Sequence record: PQ758395
Length of the DNA: 64,000 bases
Reading direction: 5' to 3' (one strand)
DNA from: Escherichia phage phita32
A program made the translations under genes and the position numbers. A model generated the notes under the pieces. That model ran no database searches. It worked only from the letters and a program-made list of their open reading frames with translations, and was not told the DNA's origin. Every line of letters begins with the position of its first letter. Within the stretch, counting starts at the first letter, position 1. Positions 29,507-38,601 of this stretch are shown in pieces.

Positions 29507-31485
29507 TTGTAAACAGTAATGAAACTAAAGCAGTACTAACCGGAAATATGGAGGTCACCAGGGGCTCAATTTCTCTGAACAAGGAGACTTTTGGGCTAAT
29601 CATTAAAGGGATTTACGAAGATAAGGTGCTGGCAAGCTGCCGTGAACCAATCTTCAATGCTGTGGACTCCCATGTTGAGTCTGGACGGGGTGATGTACCG
29701 ATCATCATTCACTCTCCTACAGACCTTGAACCATACTTCTTTGTGCAGGACGTTGGATTAGGTATGTCAGAAGAGATGGTCCGCAACACTTTCATGAACC
29801 TCGGGGAGTCAACCAAGCGCAACAGCAACGCTCTGGTAGGTAATAAAGGTGTTGGTTCGAAGGCTCCGTTCAGCATGGTGGACACTTTCGATGTGATCAG
29901 TGTGCACAATGGTGTTGAAAGCACATATCTATTGTTCTTGGATCAGGGTATCCCAAACGTTACCAAGATCCGCGAGCGGAAGACTGAAGAGCACAATGGG
30001 GTAAAAGTTCAGTTCCATGTTAAGAAAGAGCATGTTCTGAAATATCGCACTGCTATTGCATCATGCCTACGCTATGCAAAGTTTCCGTTTACCGTTACCG
30101 ATCCTATGACCAATAAGATGCTGGAAGGTGACAAGGTTGAGGCGCAGTATCGCTACGAGAAAGATGGTTGGAAAATGACCATCCTAAAGGGTTATACCAG
30201 CTCTGACGAGAGTCGCGTGGTAATGGGACACCAACCTTACCGCTCTAAGTTTCTGGAAACATTGACAGACTACCCTGCAATCTGTGTAGAGATCCCTATC
30301 GGGGATTGCAATATTAACCCTGGGCGCGAATGGACCATAGAGGGTCACGACGATGGTGGATTCCAAGAGCGTCTGGAGGCTTTTGTCAAAGAGGGTATCC
30401 GTCTTCGTGGGGCAGAAGTTGTTGCGGAATTGGAAACAGCAAAAACATCCTCAGAAGCACGCGAGATGATGAAGAACAGTGGAGTGTTCGGGCACATCTT
30501 CGGCAAAAACTTTATGTGGAACCGTTGGGAAGAAACAGGACTTGGCGACTTAGGCGATTGTGAAATTTTCGCTGGCGGCTTAAATAAAGGCCGCATAGGC
30601 TATGCTCGTTACGGAAAGTCGGAGTTCTTACGAGGTGTATACCTTGTATTTAACGACGGGGACGGCAAATATAACCGAAATAAGTGTAACTACCTAAGTG
30701 AGATCACCGGACGCAACGTTTTCTATTGCCGGAACACGGATCTGGTGAAAGAGTTTAAAGAGGCGGCACACCATCCGTTCTTTGCAGATACGGTCAAATT
30801 GTTATCAGAGCTCCCTCGCCGACCTGTGAAGAAAGGTGAAACAAAAACTCATTATGAGCCAGGGTATTGGGTTAAAAAACTTGAGAAGGATGGTTACTTC
30901 CGTCGTGAACGTATTACTAAGGCAGAGTTCAAAAAGATTAAGCACTGCATTCCTTATGAGGGTGATATCCAACGTGGAAGTTGTTGGCTGGGACAGCTGA
31001 GTAACATCTACCAGCAAAATTATGACCGTGTGCGTGCGGCACTCCAGATTCCTGAAGGGGAAGACCTGTACCTGGTATCAGAATCCCGTCTGCTTTGGAC
31101 TGATCCTGATTGCCAGTATGTTACAGAGAAGAGTGTGGAACATTTGTTGAAAGAGGATGCTTGGAAATTCTTACTAACTCGCGCAGCAAATGAAACTTCA
31201 TATGACAGCCTGTATAGACAATTAGGGAAAATTATCCCCATGCAAGATTTTGGAAATTATCGACCACATTTCCACAAGTGGGAAGGTAACACCGCGTGGA
31301 AGCATAGTGAGCTAAATCATCGTGCCAAAATCTTAATCGCCAACCGAGTCAAGTGCGGGAAGGCCTATATTGCAAGATTGGAAAAGAAATATCCGCTTTT
31401 GAAGCATGTAGGCTTGAAATATTGGGACACTCCTGCTATGATTGAATACCGTGAACTGATTGACACAAAGAATAACACCAACTAA
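29503..31485 (+). CDS. GHKL-family ATPase (660 aa)
   Basis: N-box EPIFNAVDS, G1 box VQDVGLGMS, G2 box GNKGVGSKAPF in the order of Bergerat-fold ATPases (Hsp90/MutL/MORC-like). Confidence 0.5.
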   Translation: MIVNSNETKAVLTGNMEVTRGSISLNKETFGLIIKGIYEDKVLASCREPIFNAVDSHVESGRGDVPIIIHSPTDLEPYFFVQDVGLGMSEEMVRNTFMNLGESTKRNSNALVGNKGVGSKAPFSMVDTFDVISVHNGVESTYLLFLDQGIPNVTKIRERKTEEHNGVKVQFHVKKEHVLKYRTAIASCLRYAKFPFTVTDPMTNKMLEGDKVEAQYRYEKDGWKMTILKGYTSSDESRVVMGHQPYRSKFLETLTDYPAICVEIPIGDCNINPGREWTIEGHDDGGFQERLEAFVKEGIRLRGAEVVAELETAKTSSEAREMMKNSGVFGHIFGKNFMWNRWEETGLGDLGDCEIFAGGLNKGRIGYARYGKSEFLRGVYLVFNDGDGKYNRNKCNYLSEITGRNVFYCRNTDLVKEFKEAAHHPFFADTVKLLSELPRRPVKKGETKTHYEPGYWVKKLEKDGYFRRERITKAEFKKIKHCIPYEGDIQRGSCWLGQLSNIYQQNYDRVRAALQIPEGEDLYLVSESRLLWTDPDCQYVTEKSVEHLLKEDAWKFLLTRAANETSYDSLYRQLGKIIPMQDFGNYRPHFHKWEGNTAWKHSELNHRAKILIANRVKCGKAYIARLEKKYPLLKHVGLKYWDTPAMIEYRELIDTKNNTN

Positions 31486-31495
31486 GGAGACCAAG

Positions 31496-32701
31496 ATGAT
31501 TTTCATCTACGAACATTTCAAAACTCGTAAAGAAGCACGTGACCGCCGTGCAGAACTTGAGAAGAAGGGTTTCACATGTGCCATTGAGAAAGGTGATACA
31601 ACCTGGACACTGGCAGTTGGTGCCCCAGAGTTGTTCGATCCTGACCGTGACAGCGTCTGCTACACCCGTGAGGATTTTGAAACCCGCGAAGAGGCCCGTT
31701 TATTTCGATATGGGCTGGAAGATAACGGTAAGTACGCCATGATCTTAGACTTAGGCGAAGGTTCCGTTAAACGTTGGGGTGTGGTATACCCACTGTGCGT
31801 TGTTCACGGTGTGGGGTTCACTGGGGTAGCAATCAAGTCAGAAGAACCTTCAGTAGAAGTCAAAGATCCGGTGCTGCAGGTAGTAAGCAGTGTGTCTCAA
31901 CAACAGACTCGAAGCATAGAGCCTTTAGTAGTTATTTGTGGAGAACTTCTCCAGATCACCTGCAACGAAGGCATTTTTGAAATTCGCCGCAGCGAAAGTG
32001 AGGAAGTTTACCAGAAAGTCTTCGACCATATCTCTGTTCAGGAATATGACGAGGCAATTGGTGAAATCCTTGTCTGGTTGGAACGCAAGAATGAGTTCAC
32101 TACACTTGCAGACAACCTGATTATGAAAGATGGTAAGCTCTATTACTACGGTGTAGAGATGCAATCTACCATTGCAAAGAAAATTGAGGAAGATTATGTA
32201 GATGGAACACTGGACGACCGATATGTTAAATTCCTTGTCCGTCTGCTACGCAACCCGTCTGCAAAATCTGTGAACATGCTCTACGATTTCATGCAGGCTA
32301 ATGACATCCAGGTTGCAGAAGATGGTCGAATCATTTGCTATAAGGGGGTTCAGTTTAACGGAAGCAAGTGGGTGGATTGGCACAGCGGTAAAGTTCCACA
32401 ATACCAGGGTGCTTTTGTATCCATGCCTCGTAACTTTGTAGAAGATGATCCGGAAGCTGCGTGTTCTTATGGCCTGCACTGCGCCAGCAAAGAGTATGCA
32501 GCGGGCTATGGCACCGTAATGATGGTTATGGTTGACCCTGCGGATGTGGTTAGTGTGCCATACCAACACAACAGTGCTAAGTGCCGTGCATGCCGCTACG
32601 AAATCGTAGCAGCACCGGAATCACGCAAAGATGGCGATCCGATTGAATACGTAGTTGATCGTGACGGTAACACTATCGACATTCTTTACGAGGAGGCGTA
32701 A
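31496..32701 (+). CDS. Hypothetical protein (about 401 aa)
   Basis: ATG at 31496 with AAGGAGA RBS right after the upstream stop; the track start at 31460 overlaps the upstream gene. Confidence 0.4.
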   Translation: MIFIYEHFKTRKEARDRRAELEKKGFTCAIEKGDTTWTLAVGAPELFDPDRDSVCYTREDFETREEARLFRYGLEDNGKYAMILDLGEGSVKRWGVVYPLCVVHGVGFTGVAIKSEEPSVEVKDPVLQVVSSVSQQQTRSIEPLVVICGELLQITCNEGIFEIRRSESEEVYQKVFDHISVQEYDEAIGEILVWLERKNEFTTLADNLIMKDGKLYYYGVEMQSTIAKKIEEDYVDGTLDDRYVKFLVRLLRNPSAKSVNMLYDFMQANDIQVAEDGRIICYKGVQFNGSKWVDWHSGKVPQYQGAFVSMPRNFVEDDPEAACSYGLHCASKEYAAGYGTVMMVMVDPADVVSVPYQHNSAKCRACRYEIVAAPESRKDGDPIEYVVDRDGNTIDILYEEA

Positions 32702-34071
32702 TGGAAAAGGGGCAGTATGATGTAGGCACAGATGCTGCCCTCGTTGCAATCATGAGCGGTGAGAATGTCTTCGTTTCAGGACCCGCAGGTTGTGGGAAGA
32801 CGTACCTCATCAACATGATCCAGTCAATGTATGGAGACTCTTGCATAACGGTTGCCCCGACAGGGGTAGCCGCTTTAAACGTTAATGGAGCAACAGCACA
32901 CCGAACCTTCGATCTTGCAGCAGGTGTGAGCATGGAGTCAGACTGGACCGCAATAAGGGCAAAAACAGCAAAGCCTTTGAAGAGCAAGGCATTTACCATC
33001 TTAATTATCGATGAAATCTCTATGATCCGTGCTGATAAGTTTATAGAGATGGATAGGAAACTCCGCTTCCTTCGAAAAAATGACAAACCTTTCGGAGGCA
33101 TACAGGTCATATTGTTTGGCGATTTTTACCAGGCACCTCCTGTTGTCTCTTCTATGGAGAAGGAAGCCTACTTCAACTTCTACCATACGGACTTGTGTTG
33201 CTATACCGAATCTTGGAAAGAGCTTGACCTCCACAACATAGCCCTAATAGATCAGTTCCGACAGGAGTCTATTCGATTTGCCACAATGCTTAACTGTGTT
33301 CGTGAGGGTCGTCGCATAAAAGAGGTTGTAGCAGAGCTTAATGCTCACTGTTACAAAGGTGGTGTACCAACAGACGCTCTCACAATTTGCGCCACCAACA
33401 AACAAGCAGAGGAAGTGAACAGAAGGTTCTATGATGCCATCAACGCCCCAGAGAAGGTATACACTGGTGAAATGAAGGGTAAGTTTCCCTCCACCCTGCC
33501 AGTTGAGCAGGAGATGAAGTTGAAAATTGGCATGAAAGTTATGATAACCGCCAATGATGTTGACCCGACGCACAAAGTACCTTATTATGTTAACGGAACA
33601 CGTGCCACAATTGTTAAATTTAAGAACAAGGCAGTGGTGGTAGAGCTTGAAGATGGAACACAGGTTGACATAGAGCAGAGGTTGTGGGAGAATAACGAGT
33701 ATAAGCCCTCTCAGAGATACAACATTGCAGAAAGGAAGATGGAGAAGTTTATAGAGAGGGTAGTGATTGGGTCATACAAGCAACTTCCTCTGAAATCTGG
33801 GTATGCCGTAACATCTCATAAAAGTCAAGGACTTACGCTAGATTGTTACAACCTAGACCTTGGAAAGAACGGAGCTTTCTCTCCTGGGATGACGTATGTT
33901 GCTTTGAGTCGAGTTAAGACAATACAAGGAATAAACTTGTTGCGTCCACTAAGAGAAGTTGACATTATTGTTGACCCGCGAGTCGTAGAGTTTTACAATA
34001 CAACATTCCCTGACTTAGACAAAATTGTCAGGAAAGATTTTGAAACCAGAGCAGAAGAGGGGGACGTATGA
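32701..34071 (+). CDS. Superfamily-1 DNA helicase (Pif1/RecD/Dda-like)
   Basis: Walker A SGPAGCGKT; Walker B ILIIDEISM; C-terminal YAVTSHKSQGLTLD (SF1 motif VI). Confidence 0.6.
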   Translation: MEKGQYDVGTDAALVAIMSGENVFVSGPAGCGKTYLINMIQSMYGDSCITVAPTGVAALNVNGATAHRTFDLAAGVSMESDWTAIRAKTAKPLKSKAFTILIIDEISMIRADKFIEMDRKLRFLRKNDKPFGGIQVILFGDFYQAPPVVSSMEKEAYFNFYHTDLCCYTESWKELDLHNIALIDQFRQESIRFATMLNCVREGRRIKEVVAELNAHCYKGGVPTDALTICATNKQAEEVNRRFYDAINAPEKVYTGEMKGKFPSTLPVEQEMKLKIGMKVMITANDVDPTHKVPYYVNGTRATIVKFKNKAVVVELEDGTQVDIEQRLWENNEYKPSQRYNIAERKMEKFIERVVIGSYKQLPLKSGYAVTSHKSQGLTLDCYNLDLGKNGAFSPGMTYVALSRVKTIQGINLLRPLREVDIIVDPRVVEFYNTTFPDLDKIVRKDFETRAEEGDV

Positions 34072-34409
34072 GTTTGTGGAGAAATATAGTTAACTACGTG
34101 TGCGGCAATCCAACTCCTGAAGAGAAGGATGTTGTGATTCACGATTTTACTAAAAGATCTCGTGAAAAAGATCTACTGCTAACAAAGGTGACTGATAAAG
34201 ATCCTGCAGTAGGGGACTGGGCAGGTTTTGCGTTCACATCGGACAAATACACCTTTAACAAAGGTGACTATCTTGTTGTGGATTTTAACGAAGACATCGA
34301 GGGTGCTGAACCTTACTATCAGACCCTTATCGTTGCAGGGTGTGTTAATCTCTCCGCAGGTATGCACAGTTTGATTCTTTTTGAGCTTGACTCTGAAGAC
34401 CTCCAGTAG
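34068..34409 (+). CDS. Hypothetical protein (113 aa)
   Basis: ORF, 4-nt overlap. Confidence 0.35.
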   Translation: MSLWRNIVNYVCGNPTPEEKDVVIHDFTKRSREKDLLLTKVTDKDPAVGDWAGFAFTSDKYTFNKGDYLVVDFNEDIEGAEPYYQTLIVAGCVNLSAGMHSLILFELDSEDLQ

Positions 34410-34466
34410 TAAGATGTGAGTCTAAAGGGGAGGCACCCTCCCCAAAAACTAAGGAAGCACTAAACG

Positions 34467-34769
34467 ATGAAACGTTATAAACCATACACTTTTGAAATCG
34501 ATTTCGAACTTGACGATATGTTTACTGTGGAAGCTCAGGCAGTTGTCCAGTTGCCAGACCCGGAGTGCCGTGATTCTGATGTTGACTATTATGGATTTAG
34601 GCAGATCACTGATGTGCATGTTTACCACAACGGCGAAGAGATTGACTTCCACCAACTGCCAAACGCTGTGCGCCACTCAATTTACAAACGTGCAGCCCGT
34701 GAACTAGAGTCCTATCTGGATGCAGCGACGACAGCAGCTGCATTTGCTGAAGAAGTGGGAGGTTTCTGA
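34467..34769 (+). CDS. Hypothetical protein (100 aa)
   Basis: ORF with RBS-like AGGAAG. Confidence 0.35.
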   Translation: MKRYKPYTFEIDFELDDMFTVEAQAVVQLPDPECRDSDVDYYGFRQITDVHVYHNGEEIDFHQLPNAVRHSIYKRAARELESYLDAATTAAAFAEEVGGF

Positions 34770-35164
34770 TGATTACAGGTGTGAAGATTATCCAATACCA
34801 CCTAACCAAATTGGAAGATGCTGAAAAAGAGCTTGCAGAAGTTCTGAATAGTGGATATACTTTGTTATCATGCGCCTGCTCAGACACCTACGTTGTGTGG
34901 ACACTTACTAAGAAGGAAGAGCCAGCATGGATCTTAGTGCCAAACCCTAAGATTATTAATGAGGTGGATGACTACTCTCATGACGGCCTGTCGGAAGACT
35001 GGGAAGTATGGGAAGGTGGTGAAAACCCTGCACCAGGTAAGTGGGTAAAATACAAACTACGTAGCGGTGCACAGCACGCTGGATACTCTGATAACATGGA
35101 CTGGAGTCATTCTTCACCGGAATCATTGGTAAGTGCATATGATATCATAGCTTTTAAGGAATAA
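34769..35164 (+). CDS. Hypothetical protein (131 aa)
   Basis: ORF with overlapping stop/start. Confidence 0.35.
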   Translation: MITGVKIIQYHLTKLEDAEKELAEVLNSGYTLLSCACSDTYVVWTLTKKEEPAWILVPNPKIINEVDDYSHDGLSEDWEVWEGGENPAPGKWVKYKLRSGAQHAGYSDNMDWSHSSPESLVSAYDIIAFKE

Positions 35165-35176
35165 GGAGAAGGCGGT

Positions 35177-35659
35177 ATGTCAGATTTTATGTGGAAAGTA
35201 GGTTATGCCTCTCCTGAAATGTGCGAGGCTTGCTTTGTAAAAATAGGCCGCGAGGATATTGACAAAGTAATCTTTAAGTTTCGTGATGTATCTGTGATCG
35301 GCAACCGAGTGCTTAAGCACTTAAAGAATCTGAAGCTCACCAAAAAGAAGTTCTTCGGACTTTTCGAAGAGAAAGTTGATGCTTGGACCCATTGCATTCA
35401 GGAAGCTAAATCTCACTACAGTGCTATCGTTACCCCAGAACGGGTAGCCAAGATGGAAGGATTAATCAACAGTACAGAGTTTGAGTGCCTAAAGGCTGCT
35501 CTTAATAGTTATCCAAAGTGCCTCAAACACCTTGACAAGTATGTAGAAAAGGATGGGGAAATGTATCTCACCCTGGACGCATATTATGAGATGCAAGAAA
35601 TTTTAAATTTAGATTTGACATTGGTATCCACCGAGTATACAATAGGTATCCGGGTTTAA
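35177..35659 (+). CDS. Hypothetical protein (160 aa)
   Basis: AAGGAGAAGG RBS; terminator follows. Confidence 0.4.
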   Translation: MSDFMWKVGYASPEMCEACFVKIGREDIDKVIFKFRDVSVIGNRVLKHLKNLKLTKKKFFGLFEEKVDAWTHCIQEAKSHYSAIVTPERVAKMEGLINSTEFECLKAALNSYPKCLKHLDKYVEKDGEMYLTLDAYYEMQEILNLDLTLVSTEYTIGIRV

Positions 35660-35665
35660 CACTAG

Positions 35666-35693
35666 GCCCTGCCCGAAAGGGTGGGGCTTTTTG
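35666..35693 (+). terminator. Intrinsic terminator with GNRA loop (GCCCTGCCC-GAAA-GGGTGGGGC + T5)
   Basis: 9-bp stem (2 G-U pairs), GAAA loop, TTTTT; identical hairpin recurs at 47391. Confidence 0.6.
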
Positions 35694-35710
35694 CATTAGG
35701 AGACAGCAAA

Positions 35711-36475
35711 TTGAAATTTATCTACAAAGAACACTACCACAAAGGTGTTGTGTGGAGCCTATTTGACGGGTCTGGTGGTGCAGTCATTGACTGGGCAAAA
35801 GCTGGGTACCTGTGCCTGTGCTTTAATGCAGAAGGTGCTGATCACGGCAGTTATGCAGAGGTGATAACCGATCATCACAACATTCACTATGTGGATTATT
35901 GGATTGATCCATGGTTCCCTCAGGAAACTTTTTGCATGTATCCAGCTCCAGACTTTATTCTTGCATTTCCTCCGTGCACGCATTTAGCGGTATCAGGTGC
36001 TGCACATTTTAAGAAAAAACTGGCTAAGGACCCCATGATCCAAATTAATGCTGTAAAGGATGCTCGGGTTGCGGAAGAGCTGGGAGAGATTTACGATTGC
36101 CCGTGGCATGTAGAGAATCCTGTGGGTGTTATGTCCACACTGTGGCGTAAACCTGATTACCGTTTTCATCCTTCTGACTATGGTGGGTATTTACCGGAGG
36201 ATGATGTAAACCCTTGGTTTCCTGAATTTATAGCTCCACGTGATGCCTATCCAAAAATAACTTGCGGCTGGATAGGTAATGGATTTATAATCCCGCCCAC
36301 AAAACCTGTCCCGCAAATAGTTGACGCGGTTAGCGGGTATTCCATGCAACACGCCAAGCTGGGTGGAAAGAGTGCAAGAACGAAGATGATTCGAAGTCTC
36401 ACACCACGTGGCTGGGCAAAAGCCGTATTCTTAGCAAACGAGCCTGTAGTAAGGAGCAGAATTAATGGGAAGTAA
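35711..36475 (+). CDS. DNA (cytosine-5)-methyltransferase-like protein (about 254 aa)
   Basis: TTG start after AGGAGA RBS (the track GTG at 35681 lies inside the terminator hairpin). Motif I VWSLFDGSGG, motif IV AFPPCTHLAVSG (Pro-Cys), motif VI HVENPVG (ENV). Confidence 0.45.
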   Translation: MKFIYKEHYHKGVVWSLFDGSGGAVIDWAKAGYLCLCFNAEGADHGSYAEVITDHHNIHYVDYWIDPWFPQETFCMYPAPDFILAFPPCTHLAVSGAAHFKKKLAKDPMIQINAVKDARVAEELGEIYDCPWHVENPVGVMSTLWRKPDYRFHPSDYGGYLPEDDVNPWFPEFIAPRDAYPKITCGWIGNGFIIPPTKPVPQIVDAVSGYSMQHAKLGGKSARTKMIRSLTPRGWAKAVFLANEPVVRSRINGK

Positions 36476-38543
36476 ATTTATGGCATCTGCATACAACCGT
36501 TTCGGTGAGCCAAACCCGAAAGCAACTAAGTATAAAAGTGGGGGAAGTGTGAAACGAGACTATCGTGATGAAAAAGAAGTTGAAACTGTAGAGACTGTTT
36601 TAGAAAATACTAAAATTGTCCCTGTCCCACAACAAAATATCGGTCTGATGGCTGCACAATATTTTGGTGTGCGATCAGCATTGTCCCAAGAAGACGGTGT
36701 GACAGTCACTGCAACATATTTCCCATATTACGACCGCTACGGAAATCTGTCTGGTTTCAAAAAGCGTGACTGGACTATTCCTAAAGAGCAAAGGGGCCAT
36801 TTCTCCGTTGTTGGCATCGTAAAGGCCAACTCCCAGATGTTTGGTCAAAAGCTGTGTGCATCTTCCAACAACCGTAAGCAGATTAACGTTTGTGAGGGAG
36901 AAGGTGATGTTATTGCAGCATGGCAGGCTGCATATCAGATACAAGTAAAAGGGATTCTCACCAACGCTAAAGCCCCGGCAAAGGTGAAGCAGTGGGCTAA
37001 AGAGGTCCAGGACGGGATCGACGCAGTTATCAACGGTGGTGATCTGGCAGGAAAACCATGCCTACCTTTTGTTGGAATTAACTGTGGATGTGCAAACGCA
37101 GTAGATACTTTTGCAAACAATGAGAAGTTTATCCGTAGCTATGGAACAGTTGTGCTGGCAATGGATAATGATGCAGCTAACGAGGTAGAGAAGCAAAAAC
37201 ACGTCATTAAAGGTGTTGAGGCCACGCATAATATCGCAGCATTTTTGATGGCTGATAACGTTTACCACGTAGAATACCCTGGTGAAGTAAATGACCCTGA
37301 CGGTGTAAAAGATATCCGAGACATGCTGAAGGCTAAAAAGCTGGAAGATATTGTCAACATGTTCCGGCACCCTGTTAAATATGTGCCTGATGCTGTGTCG
37401 GATTTAGAAGACTTCTCTATCGAGTCTTTGCGGAAAAAGACTTCCAACGGGGTAGATATCAGCGCAGAGTTCCCAAAACTGCAAAAAATGCTAAAAGGCT
37501 TGCACAAAGGGACACTCGTAATGCTTACAGGCCCGTCAGGTGGCGGTAAAACAACTGTAGCTAAAAAACTGGAACACTGTATTGCAAGATACCTAATGGA
37601 CCCGACATGTCCGAAGGCCGATGACTACGAAGAGGATGATCGTCTATGCATGATCCATCTTGAGGAGGACCCAGAGGAAGCAATTAACTCCTTGTATGCA
37701 AACCAGTTAGGGTTTGATGTTAAAGAGTTTGTTGAAGATCCTAGCCAGTTTTTAACTGATCAAGAACACGCAGAGATTCACCAATCATGGGCAAAAGCTG
37801 GAAAAATCAAAGTGTTCAAACATTTCGGATCTATTCCGGTGGACGAGTTGATTACTAAGCTTAAGCAAATGGTTTGCCTGTACCATTGTCGTTATATTGT
37901 ACTGGATCACCTGTCCATGGTAATTTCAGGGCTTAATGTTAAGGATGAGCGAAAAGAACTGGACATGGCTATGACCCAACTGGCTGCGTTTTGTAAGCAG
38001 TTTAACGTGTTTATCTTGGTGATCGCTCACCTCAAGCGTATAGAGATTGTGCCTCCTAAGGACAAGGATGGTAACCCGTTACCTTTCTGGTATCCTGTGC
38101 GAAAAGAGAATTTGCGAGGATCGGCTGGGCTTGAACAGTTGAGTTGGGTAGTCATAGGTGTCGAGGCCGAAGAAATGGTGGATCGTTCTCGTGGACGTGT
38201 CCGTCTGGTAGGTCTTAAAAACCGTCCAGCAAAAACTTTAGGTATTGCTGACACTTTAGTTATGGACCCTCACACAGGCAAGTTCCATGATGCCAGCAAT
38301 TGGTACTGGGACAAAGAAATGCAGATGTTTACAGACGGAGAAGGTGGGGAGGTTGTTTGGAGACCTCAGGCTATGTTTGAGGATCAGGAGCATACAGTTG
38401 TAGAAACACCTATGGGTAAGGTTGTGGCTGATAAGGTTGTAACTCCTACTGTTAAGCCTGTTGACACGCAGGAAGACCTCCAGTACGATGATCCATCCTC
38501 TGACCCTGTCCCTGGTTTTGAGGACGATGAAACGCCTTTTTAA
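36465..38543 (+). CDS. Primase-helicase (T7 gp4-like)
   Basis: TOPRIM-like acidic cluster (VCEGEGDV, MDNDAAN) in the N-terminal half; Walker A LTGPSGGGKTT and helicase motifs in the C-terminal half; AAGGAG RBS. Confidence 0.6.
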   Translation: MGSKFMASAYNRFGEPNPKATKYKSGGSVKRDYRDEKEVETVETVLENTKIVPVPQQNIGLMAAQYFGVRSALSQEDGVTVTATYFPYYDRYGNLSGFKKRDWTIPKEQRGHFSVVGIVKANSQMFGQKLCASSNNRKQINVCEGEGDVIAAWQAAYQIQVKGILTNAKAPAKVKQWAKEVQDGIDAVINGGDLAGKPCLPFVGINCGCANAVDTFANNEKFIRSYGTVVLAMDNDAANEVEKQKHVIKGVEATHNIAAFLMADNVYHVEYPGEVNDPDGVKDIRDMLKAKKLEDIVNMFRHPVKYVPDAVSDLEDFSIESLRKKTSNGVDISAEFPKLQKMLKGLHKGTLVMLTGPSGGGKTTVAKKLEHCIARYLMDPTCPKADDYEEDDRLCMIHLEEDPEEAINSLYANQLGFDVKEFVEDPSQFLTDQEHAEIHQSWAKAGKIKVFKHFGSIPVDELITKLKQMVCLYHCRYIVLDHLSMVISGLNVKDERKELDMAMTQLAAFCKQFNVFILVIAHLKRIEIVPPKDKDGNPLPFWYPVRKENLRGSAGLEQLSWVVIGVEAEEMVDRSRGRVRLVGLKNRPAKTLGIADTLVMDPHTGKFHDASNWYWDKEMQMFTDGEGGEVVWRPQAMFEDQEHTVVETPMGKVVADKVVTPTVKPVDTQEDLQYDDPSSDPVPGFEDDETPF

Positions 38544-38557
38544 TGTTTAACAAAGAG

Positions 38558-38590
38558 CGGGAGGGGTAGTACAACCGCCTCCCCTTTAAG
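38558..38590 (+). terminator. Hairpin/terminator-like element between primase-helicase and DNA polymerase
   Basis: GGGAGG..13 nt..CCTCCC stem followed by CTTT; weak T-run, may be an attenuator. Confidence 0.3.
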
Positions 38591-38601
38591 GAGAACTGTA
38601 T

